DNA from: Selaginella moellendorffii
Taxonomy: Eukaryota; Plantae; Lycopodiophyta
Length of the DNA: 64,000 bases
NCBI RefSeq assembly: GCF_000143415.4
Contig: NW_003314291.1
Span: 1,841,290-1,905,289 of the forward strand
Reading direction: 5' to 3'
Shown here: one piece after another, positions 37,101-47,339 of the stretch
How positions within the stretch are numbered: position 1 is the stretch's first letter
Layout of the letters: each line of letters begins with the position of its first letter
Made by a program: the position numbers and the translations under genes
The notes under the pieces: generated by a model
Told to the model about the DNA's origin: nothing
The model's input: the letters and a program-made list of their open reading frames with translations, nothing else
Databases searched by the model: none

Positions 37101-39717
37101 GTGAATATTCAGACACGAGGACTGAAAAGCGCACTGGTGGCACGTCGAAGAAGGACAAACAGACAAGCAATAGGAAAAAAGGAGGTACAAATTATATTTG
37201 CAATGGCGTGTGGTCTCATGCCATTCCTTGCAGGAGACACTTCTTCAAAGGCAAAACAGGCAAGCACCAGCCAAGCTCAAACTGACAGTGGTCATAAAAA
37301 GCGAAAGCACGTTGGACAGTCGTCGGGATCAGAGGCGTTTGATTCGAAAAGGAAGAAGGGCAACGAAAAGATGATAGGTAATGCCTCGCGGTTATGGCGT
37401 ATGTGCTCATGCCATTCATTGCAGATCAAGGGCTGAGTGAAAGGAGCCAGTCACCACCTTCTGACTCAGATTCCTATGGCGGACTCCCCTTCCCCAATCT
37501 CAATGGAGAGGTACAATGGATGAGGGATGCTTTTCAAGTCAGGGCCACGTTTTTCTCATCTCGTCGTCTTCGAAGGGTGCAAGAACGTGCAGAAACCATG
37601 TTAAGACAGTCGGGTGAGGATACGGCCCTAGGTCACGCACTAAAACAGGCTATGGATGTCTTGTATTTTGAGATGGAGACTCGGCCAGATGATTTTTCCA
37701 AGATGGTCCTGGAAAAACAAGCAATCCAGCCTGAGCAGCCTATGGAAGAAATGCAAGAGGGGGATGAGGAGCCAGAGAAAGATAATGAGCAGGAAGAGCA
37801 GAAGGACGAAGAGGAGGACGAAGAAGAGGAGGACGAAGAGGACTTGGATGGTCCTCACAATGGTGACGATCACAATAACGACGATGACGATGATGACGAT
37901 GATGGCCAGCCTGAGGTGGCCAAAGAGCAGCGGAGGAAGGTCATACAAGACAAACCATCAGGTAAATACATCCATTCCTAACCTTTTACCATTTCTAACA
38001 TTGTCCATGTAGGTCGCAGAGCAAATGGTAAGTAGAGATTATTCAGTTGAATTAAGATACAAACTCTAGCCTTTAGTGTCGAGGAAGGATAGTGCCAAGC
38101 AAGGGTCGAAACGTATGTCCAATCCTTCAGAATCAGCAGTGCGCCCAAGTGATATCGGTCCTAGTTCCTCAATAGCAGTTGATGGTAAATACAGTATAGT
38201 CGATTCAATGTGCTAATGAGTTTGTTTTTAGTAGCACGGGAGGATACCATCTCAATCGAAGGGAGATATTTGGACATGCATATGGATCCGCCAGTGGACT
38301 CTACTTGCCTGCAAGAGTCATCAGAGCTGGTGGAGGCTACTATCCATATCAACGCCAAGCAAGCTGACCACGCTCCACTTGATGCTGCCCATACCACTGA
38401 GTCAATCTTGTCCACGTATCCAACTGACGGTGACCAGGCGCCATTGGACCCGCATGAGGCCGCCCCAGCCGCCGAGCCGGTCGTATCCTCATTTCCAACG
38501 TGTGCCCAATCGTCTGACTACGCGCCATTGGAACCTCCCTACACCGCCCCTGCTGCCTGTTCGGTCATGTCCACTTTGCCAACGGAGGCACCAGCTGAAA
38601 TGGCGTGTGATCACACGCCATCGGAACCACCCCATGCCACTGTTGAGCCAGTTGTACCAGAGTCTACAGCTGAAATGGCATGTGCCCACACGCCATCGGA
38701 TGCGATTGACCCCACATTGCAGAGGAGAGTATTTCCGCCCTTCACGTTTCCTCGACCAAAACCCTCTGAACGACCATCGGGAGCACCATTCGCTAATATT
38801 GTAGATGGTAAAATTGACTTGTACCATTTTTTATGCTAACGCATTTCATTTCAGAGTCACGGCGAAAGTACTGTATCGTTTTTGATCTGAACGGTGTCCT
38901 TTTCTCCCATGAGCGTGGCTCGTCCTCGAATGTCACTGCACCCTCCAAAGCCTGCGGTCGCAAGTTGGTCAAAAGAGACAGATTCACATTAATCACACGG
39001 GAGAAACTGCGGGATCTAATAATGACCATGCGACACTTAAAACAGAGGGCCGGGTTCAATTTGCAATTGGGAGTTTGGACATCCATGATGCGCCACAATG
39101 CATTAACGTTGCTACAGATGATGCACGATCAGACGCGAGTAATATTACCATTTGACTTTCTCCTAACGCAGGAGGATTGCTTGACTATGGTCCATGTGAG
39201 GGGTAGCAAGCCCATCTTCGTCAAGGCAGAGGCTGTAGTGATGAACCGGACTGCTAGGTCAAGTGAAATCCTCATCATCGATGACTCGCCGATTAAAACT
39301 GCAGCGAACACGCACACATATGCAGTGCACCCCATCTCTTGCAGTATGGAAACTAGGGAGAAGAAACCGTATGTTCTGGGGGACCTTGCAAAACGGCTTG
39401 AAGCGATGGTGATAGAGAACCGGCCAGTCCAGGAGGTGGCTGCAGAAATCAACCAAATGGCAGATGGAACGGTATATCAGAAGCCATTTGATCGGACAGA
39501 CACCAGTCATCATTTATGGCATGTATATTGTCTAGCCAAGCACTATCCGCATCTCCATAATCTGCTCGACCGGATGGGTTCTTCGACCACTGAACATGAG
39601 CGTGGACGTATTAGAGAAGAGATGGCATTACTATTGGGTTTAAATCCTGATAGTGTGGAGAGTGATGAAATTCCAAGATTATTGTATAGGCGTTGGAGGC
39701 AAAAAATAACAGTCTGA
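34148..39717 (+). CDS. Transposon cargo gene, 11 coding exons, ~1626 aa: ParB/Srx-like domain, degenerate N4/N6 DNA-methyltransferase-like domain, basic/acidic low-complexity linker, FCP1/SCP-like HAD phosphatase domain
   Basis: Predicted exons 34148-34150, 34390-35568, 35623-36931, 36982-37056, 37113-37184, 37234-37377, 37425-37961, 38013-38027, 38077-38184, 38232-38807, 38855-39717. All introns are GT-AG; the exons total 4881 nt in one open frame. Motifs: NHRLVSDEWVEKLKQKM / FYAVSGQHSSLA / HAQNVKQE (ParB-like), CVVEYNCGGLFFRAALLKGVPCVAV (MTase motif I-like), IVFDLNGVLF / LGVWTS / ILIIDDSPIK (FCP1-like). The start exon is the least certain part. Confidence 0.8.
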
Positions 39718-40124
39718 GATGGCATGTATTTATTTAAAAATGTAACTTATTATGGCATGGGGTTCCATGCCATTGTATTAATATTAAAAGACAATTCTTT
39801 GAAAGGATTTGCATTATACTAGAAGTGTTACAGCATGTTATTGGAAGTCTACGAAGTTGTTTTATTAATAAGGGGAAAGTAAAGATTGAATGGGGACTTG
39901 GGCTCCACCTAGACTCGGAGCAACTGAGCCAATATTAAAAGGATGGAAAGAAATTGGACGACGATGACAAGGAGAAGAGAGAGGTGAAGCAGTGAGAAGT
40001 GATTGAGTAGACATTTCCTTGTTTAAAATAAAATGGCATGTGCCTCAATGCAGTTGAATTTTGTTATATTTATATACTATATAAAGGTTTGGAAACCTTA
40101 TTTTACAAGTGGGATAATGACAAT

Positions 40125-40148
40125 TCCCACTTTAACGAAATAGAGCTT
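40125..40148 (-). repeat. Right TIR
   Basis: TCCCACTTTAACGAAATAGAGCTT. An inverted AAGTGGGA copy lies just inside at 40107-40114. Confidence 0.9.
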
Positions 40149-40179
40149 ACAACACCTTGGGGAGTTGGTTCCTTACAAG

Positions 40180-40686
40180 AGTATCCTAAGACCGTTAATT
40201 GATTAGAAAAAGTAGTGCACTTTTATTCATAGGTGTTTTCCCTCTAACCCCCTTATTGATTTTCTCTTGAATTGTTCTCTTTAGCTACTTACAATCTACT
40301 ATGTTTTCATACAAGTTCACACCCTCATGAATAAAAGTTAAGAGTCACAGCTCTCCCGAGAGCCCTACTCTCTTGACACCCTACCCTTTAAGTCGAGCAT
40401 AGTTGAAGGCAAACTGAACCTACCAAATGTCAATTTTAACATATGGTGTGATTCTCCTAACCAATCAATAGAGTTGGACCCAAGACCCCTTTAATACCAA
40501 ATGTAAACTCTTATATTTAAACTTCGAAAGAGGTTACCTAGCCCAATATTATTCAAACCCAAAAATGCTTAACCCCAAGTATCCCAAAACCTTTAACTAA
40601 TTGGAAAAGAAGGTGCATTTTTGTTCATGGGCCCTTTCCTTCTATATTTGGATCATTTTTCAAGTTGTTCTTTTTTATTACTTACA
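40180..40686 (-). mobile_element. Degenerate Cassandra TRIM
   Basis: Collinear with ~640-1159 (partial LTR, internal region, decayed PBS TTAATACCA, LTR ending CTTACA at 40686), with many C>T/G>A changes. Confidence 0.82.
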
Positions 40687-40709
40687 ATTGTAATCATAAT
40701 GACCATAGT

Positions 40710-41104
40710 GTTTTCCCTAGGGTCATGAAGCAAAAGATGCACCAAAGGCTAGGATTTAGAGGGTCTCATGAATAAATTTTGTTGTACCAAGGGATGTTAG
40801 GAGCTTGGAGGTTTAGTTTTGCTTAGTTGCTTGTGTTTGTGGGGAGTGTAACCAAACCTTAAGTCCAATCTAACTTAGAGAGAGGGATTGGGAGAGAGTT
40901 TCAAAATCCATAGATGGATGGCTAATACCTTATTACTCCTGTAGTGGGTAATTGAATCCACATAGAACCAAGTAGGAGCTAATATAATAAACATGAATCT
41001 TAGTAAGAGAACTTAACTGAAGCCAAAGCAAAAGTGGTTGGATTGATGACATAAACTGAAAATTTTGACAAGGAAAACTTATGACTTACAATTTAGTATT
41101 GGAG
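40710..41104 (+). mobile_element. Family C LTR 3' fragment with decayed PBS
   Basis: Similar to 20940-21277 and continues to ...GACTTACA followed by TTTAGTATTGGAG. Confidence 0.7.
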
Positions 41105-41512
41105 TATAAATTTAGGAGCTTATATTCAGTGTTAAAGAGATCTGAAGTCCAACTCTATTAATTAACTAGGGGAATCACACATTGACATTTAGTGGTTCAA
41201 TTTGGTCTAGTTGGGCTTGACTAAAGGGGTAAGGTGTCAAGAGAGCAAAGCTCTTTAGAGAGTTATGCCTCTCAATTTCCATTCACGAAGATGTGAATTT
41301 GCAAAGAAACATAGTGGATTGTAAACAACTAAAGAGAGTAACTCGATAAATAATTCATTAGGGCTCAAATATAGAAAGAAAAGTCCCATGAATAAGAGTA
41401 CATCCTTTTCCAATTAATTAAATGTCTTAGGATATTTAGGGTTATGTGTCCTTGGGTTTGAGTAATATTACACTGAGTGACCTCTTGGGAAGTCCAAATT
41501 TAAAAGATTGTA
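41105..41512 (+). mobile_element. Degenerate Cassandra TRIM (internal region plus 3' LTR)
   Basis: GGTGTCAAGAGAGC..AGTGGAT-TGTAAACAAC...GTGTCCTTGGGTTTG..GAGTGACCTCTTGGGAAGTCC is the reverse complement of the 560-960 type sequence. Confidence 0.78.
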
Positions 41513-42200
41513 TTATATTGATATGCAAATAAAATTTGCATATGGATCAGGATAGTGTAAAGAAGTTTGCCAATAAGCACCATCAATTCTAGGAATATAA
41601 GGTGGGAGATTTTGTCTTTGTGTGAGCTATCTTTTTGTCAAGTGAGTAGCATAATACTTTAGTGCCTTTGTGGAATGGGATGAGTGACAAAATTTCTCAT
41701 AATATGCTGGTCCATATGAAGTGTTCAAGCATATTAGTAAGGTAGCTTATTAGGTGTGGCTGCTAGCTAGGGTGAAAATTCATTTAATATTTTATATTAG
41801 CCAATTGAAAGGTGTACTATCTTGGAGTGAAGGGCCTACTGCCTTCTTGTGAATGGTGGCCTAAAAGTTTAAACAGAGTTCCTTAGAAAAGGTTAATCAT
41901 CGAAACAACTCGTCCTTGGGATGAGGACTTTGTTGGGGAGAAGAATTGTTAGGTGTCAACTTTGACCATGTAGTCAATGTGGGTCAAAGGGAAACTCAAG
42001 GGTATATTAAAGCATGGACTTAGGGACCACAATAGAGCAGCAGTATGGTGGAGTTTTTAAGGTAGCTTGAGGATGGTTAAGTGGTGAGGAACCTCAAGAG
42101 GAGGTGTAGCATAGCCTAGAGAGGCTAGACCTATTTGGCTTTGTTATTTAGTGCTGGGTCATGACTGTGCCACCCTCATATTATATTACAGGCTATATAT
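41513..42200 (+). mobile_element. Gypsy family D remnant (integrase C-terminus, PPT, LTR start at 41947)
   Basis: GPYEV/VAY/IH..FYISQLK-like remnant, then PPT GGGGAGAAGAAT and TGTTAGGTG. An inverted homolog lies at ~51060-51730. Confidence 0.7.
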
Positions 42201-45200
42201 GGAGGTCATGAGGGCCCACACAGGGCAGCTGACCTGGTTATTTATGTAGGAGATGTCTTCCCATGAAACAGTACTTGTGTATATTCACATCAGGCAGTAG
42301 AAGCTGGACCTGGTAGAAGAAACTGGAAACATGTTTGGCAGTAGAGCACATATGTGTAAGGTGAATTGGGCAGCATAGTTCTTGACATGGTGGAACTTGT
42401 TTCTTCGTATGGCCAGGACTGAGTGTTTCTTTGGGCCTGGCTGATATCTTGTTTCCAGAACTCTGTGTAGGCAGGGAAGCCTTGAGTGTAGTGTTGACTA
42501 AGGTGGTTGAGTGAACTGGGTTCACTTCTTTGCAGTAGTGGTAGTACTTTGTCAAGTGCTCCCTTTCCTTGAAACATTCTTATTACTGTTCTTCATCAAG
42601 GGGTGCTCCAGGCAGTCTTCATACTCCTTTCTCTAGAAGTGATGGAGTTTGGTCCTTCTTGGTTGTTCTTGCTTTTAGCTTGCAGGTTTTGTTCCATGTT
42701 AGGAGTGGCTTGATTGTTATAGTGTTCTTGGGTCAACGCTTGATCATGTCTTTCACAACTATGCACTCCTCCCAAATTGGCATCTTGTGATGCTTGGAGC
42801 TTGGCAAATGGAGTTCTTAAGCACATCTTGGCATAAATTGGAATGCGGCAGTTATTAAGTCTGAATAGCAAGACTGTCAAGAACTTTATACATAAACACA
42901 GCCAAAGAATTCAGAGTAGTCCTTGGTTGTGCAGTAAGTAAAGCAAAGGCGAGGCTGTTCAAAGGCCATAAAGGTTTATTAAATGGAACAAAATTTTAAT
43001 CTGTTTGTAGCCCCTAAGAAGTGTGCAAGTCTGCTCCTCTGAAAAAGGAACTGTTCAAAGTTGTTCAGTACATATGCGAACTGTACCTTTCTTGCAACTA
43101 TTGCTACAGCATCATTTTATCTAACCCCGCAATGTAAGTTCAGTGAGCTTATCCATGGTGCCTTTCCATAAAGAAAGAGGGCTACCTCATATTCCACCAC
43201 AGTTCCAGCCGTCGAACCTTATCCCAGCCTTATTACTTTTCAGGAATTGTAAATGCATGTCATATCTTGGTTTGGAGCTATCCTGCATCTTGCTCGTCGT
43301 ATTGAATTTTTTGTAGTACCCATCTGCGGTTTGTAATACAATTTCACTCCTTATGATCAAATGAATTTTACATAAACCAAGGGTCGTTTTGGTGTTTCTG
43401 TGAATGCAGAGGCTTGCATAGTCAAAGATTCCAGATCACAATAATTTTCTTTGTGGCATCTATAGCTGGAACAATACAGAGACATGGAGAATTTCCAGAA
43501 GAGGAGAATCTCCAGACTTTGGAAAACGCCTCGAAAAATTCTATAAACCGCCCAAGAGCTTCGATCTTGTCGCCCCCACTGCCAGTTTGTGTATTTTCTA
43601 GAAAAAATCCAAGGCAATAAAAGTAGAGGCAAAGAAGATTCATAGCGAGGTAACAGGAATGGAGACGGTGGTTGCTGTGATGATAGTAGACAAGGAGCAG
43701 AAACAGAGCACAGTAGTATTGCGTAAGGAAACTTGCCTTTCAAATTTACCCATTTGCAAGTGGGAGAATCTATCTTTGCTTTAGAATACTTGCTCTAAGT
43801 ATCCTGGAAGCACGGAGCTTCTGATCAGATTTTTTTATCGTCATGAAAGCTTTTGTGGTCAATCTCACAATTGGTGAATACGTTTCAATGTAATCCAAAC
43901 CTGGAATCTGGCTGTCAGCACCTAGCGAAACCAGATATACAACTTGATTGTGTCATCTGATCTTCGGGCTTGGGTCTTTCTCGTGGTTCATCTTAGACAG
44001 CATCACCACCACCTTTTGCAACATATCATAGAAAGGGACGGATACTCTACAACGCCCCTTGCTCCATCATTGTCGACCACCACTGCTGCCACACTCACTC
44101 GCAGCTGAGGACACCTTTCGTGGCTCCTCACACCCATTGACATAGCTTTTAAACCGGCCGGTTTGATCTGGGGCTATGTTCTTTGCTGGAAGAGTCAAGG
44201 CGCCTATTATAAGCATGCCGCAAAGATTATGAACAGATATTTGCATTAAAAAAGCATTGAAAGAAAAGAGATACAAATAGAGAGGTATCAAAGATGGCAT
44301 TGTATCATCTGCTTCAAGGTGACACTAAATTGCGCTAAATTTATGAAAAAGAGCCACAACTAGATTTGATAGTCTTCTCAGTCATTCACTCTTTATTCGC
44401 TCTTCAGCAAGAATGCAGGCCATGGTCTAGCCTTGTATCTTTCATAAGCCGTTTCTTTCTTATTTTTAAAACTAATCTTACAGCAATTCTGATGGATTTT
44501 CTAGCAGAACATCTTGGTCATATAGAGTTCCAGCCAAGATCCTTCCTCTGAAGTTTCTCTTAGCCGCTGAAAGTTAAAATTCTAGGCTAACAGTCTACGT
44601 TAAGGTTGGCAAGAGCATAAAAAAATCCAGGGAATGAGAGTCAGCTCCACCAAGGTAACACCTAGTCATTGGGAATTTTCCTTCCATGTTTTTCTTCAAG
44701 GTATTCCAGTGGTGCTTTTTGTTATGTGTTCTCTATTCTCGACTGGTGGTCACGATGACAAACCGGCCACTGTAAACCCAGAATCTTCTGCAAGGAAGGA
44801 AGGATGCCTGTAGCTCAAGAAGGGCCGGGAATTGTTAAAGCCTTCAAAGTATGTTAATCTCACATGACTTTGTCGACTGGGTGGATCACTCTCCCATGGC
44901 CTCCACCTCAAAAAGCTGCAGTTGCCCAACCCGAAACTCCTACATGACTATGGGAGGGACTCGCAGGTAAGAAAATATGCATTAGCAACGGATTCATTCT
45001 ATTTTGAGCCATAAAGCAAAGCACGATTGGTGCCTAAATACTTCTGGTAAGAGCCAGTGGTCATGCAAGCTCATCCACAAGCGACTGGTAAGCTGCAGCA
45101 CTGACCCTCAAATACCACAAGTTGAAAAAAAAAAAAAGAAGAAATTGAAAAAGCTAAAAGAAAAGTGAAATCTAGACAATGCAAAAGCTAAATCAAAATC

Positions 45201-47339
45201 AAAATCTTAAATCCAAACTCTTTTTAGGGACAATTAATGCTACCCCTCATCTCCACCAATGTGAGTGCATGGAATATAGAAATGGAATATAGAAATGTAC
45301 ACATCAATTAGCCAAAAACCCTAGCTTAATATAGGAGTGGATTGAAACCAATCTGATGGCTATCAAAATCCCACTACACTAATATTAGTATACAACATTG
45401 TAGCTGTACACTTGGACCTCACACCTTCAATTATTTGTTTTAAAGTGAGTCACAGATCACTAAATTGGAATGAACCCAAAAAGAGTGTAGGACAAGGCTA
45501 ATCCCACACAACAAAAAATCAAAGTCATATACCTTCACACATCTTCAGATGGATGAAGTCTATAAACTCTGGATAAGTGGACTTTTTCGCTGCAGGAGAG
45601 GCTAAATTGACTGCCATTACAAACTGGTATCATGTTAATGAACCTTGTCTTGAGGCTAATAGTTACCAGTGAGATCCTGGACCGAGCAAGATAGGCCTTC
45701 ACAAACAAAACCACCTTGGATACTTTATATTCTAAGGGGACTCTATTTGCAACTGCTCAGCATCATCTGTTCAGAATTGGATGAAAAATGGCGGCGCACA
45801 TATGCTAAAACAGAATTTGAAAGGAAACCTGGCCCATGGCAGCCATAATTAGACTGTCCCGGCAAGTAGGGGAATCCCTCCTCCACAATGTTGAAATTCA
45901 TCTGCGCACTGCAACGTTTCCCCGTAAAGAAGGGACTCAACATGCTTCTTTCTAGAGTTAACCACCTGAAATAACGAAATGAATGCCATAAAACGGCAGT
46001 CCCACCAAACCTTTCTTTGAAGCTTTTCTCCCTGTGGTCTTGGAGGAAGTGTTTATATATATGTATTACTTTCAGTACATGAACCCGCATGGAGAATAGT
46101 CCATCCGAATGTTACCACCTAAGAAAAAAGTGAGTTAGTGTGGGTGAAATTCGGAAATTAATTCAGCCAAAACCTGTGTCAAGCTCCACCTTGAGGCAGT
46201 GTATTGTGCTCTACAGCAGTGTCTCTTAATATATCCAGGCATGCCATTACGTGCAATATTAACCATGGATTTGGAATGATGACCAATCTTATCTTCTGGA
46301 TTGCACAAGTCCCACAAATGAAGTCTTAATAGACCTGACAGCTTCTTGAAACCTGTGTGCCTTCTTCATTCTGCCTCAGAGCAAGTGTTCTATGAGGAAT
46401 ATTGGCTTTTCTCATGTAGGAAAGAAATTACTTACTATCGAAGACTTCTCGCACGCCTTGACTCACATTTCACAGTCAGAGATGCAATATTCTCCCTATG
46501 GTGCTGCAAAGACTTTATGCACGTATTCTCTTCCTGGTATAGGTAGAATAGCAGCCTCTGTCGTATCCTGCAAATCAAGCATAATTAGCTTTTGCATACA
46601 GAGAAGATATAAGTGTGCATGTAAATAATGTTTAAAAAGTAAGAAAAATGTAATATAACTATGAAGTTTTGGTCGGTGAAACGTAAATCCCTTTAAAACT
46701 TTAACCTAGTCAAGTTCCCAATCTCCTGCCGTTGTTTTCATTTAACGTAAACATTTGGATGACTAACCTTATATAATCCTATCCTAGTGCTCGTGTTCCA
46801 AATTTACAATATCTCCAATGGCGTTGCATATTTTCAAGCCCCTCCACATTTAATCTGGCTGTTATCGAGCCAATAATTGACTGATTTGGTTTCTTTCAAG
46901 ATGTACCGTTTCAAAAAAATTCTCAACCTCTGAATGTGATTATCACGCAGTCGAAGGACGTCCCAATTATGAAGCCCATGGATTCCCCCAAGTTTTTTTG
47001 AACCAGGGAAAGTGAGACAAGGTTTGAAAGAAAGACATGCAGCAAATTCGAGGGAGGTTATGCATAAACATTTCGACACTTTCGATAGTCCCTGGACCAA
47101 ATACCAATTGTTCCGAATCAAAAAGAGCGGCTAAGTTTACACCTTGGCAACTCGTCTGGAGAAACCATTCGCAGAATCTGCTTTAAGTCTCCCCGGTCCA
47201 CAAGCAATAGTTTCACAGCAGCAAACCTAATTTACCCTGTAAATGGAAGTCCTCTCCTAATGGGTGAGCTTTGTTGAGAGGCAAAGCTTCAAATCAAAGA
47301 TACAGAGAGTTCCCGCATGTAGAACTGACTATAGTGCAC

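Larger units (their letters stand above)
27306..40054. repeat. Dispersed 22-bp palindrome family ATGGCRTG-N6-CAYGCCAT (~24 copies)
   Basis: Copies start at 27306, 27622, 27711, ~28118 (half), 29534, 29591, 31437, 31507, 31543, 33021, 33100, 33259, 33394, 34176, 34253, 34313, 35590, 37062, 37203, 37394, 38600 (perfect), 38675, 39752 and 40033. Confidence 0.92.
27080..40148. mobile_element. ~13-kb TIR DNA transposon, Sola1/DUF7869-like, with a cargo gene
   Basis: 24-bp TIRs AAGCTCTATTTCATTAAAGTGGGA / TCCCACTTTAACGAAATAGAGCTT (1 mismatch) and 4-bp TSD ACAA (27076-27079, 40149-40152). Removing the element restores the family C LTR end. It encodes a DDD-type transposase. The superfamily is inferred from motifs and TSD length. 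Confidence 0.88.

Noticed and set aside
38833-39717. Stand-alone FCP1-like gene starting at ATG 38833
   Set aside because: That ATG lies in a predicted intron (38808-38854, with CTAAC branch site and TTTCAG acceptor), and the exon joins the upstream frame.
27306-40054. CRISPR array or MITE family as an explanation of the palindromes
   Set aside because: Spacing is irregular, there are no uniform spacers or cas genes, the context is eukaryotic, and individual copies have no TSDs.
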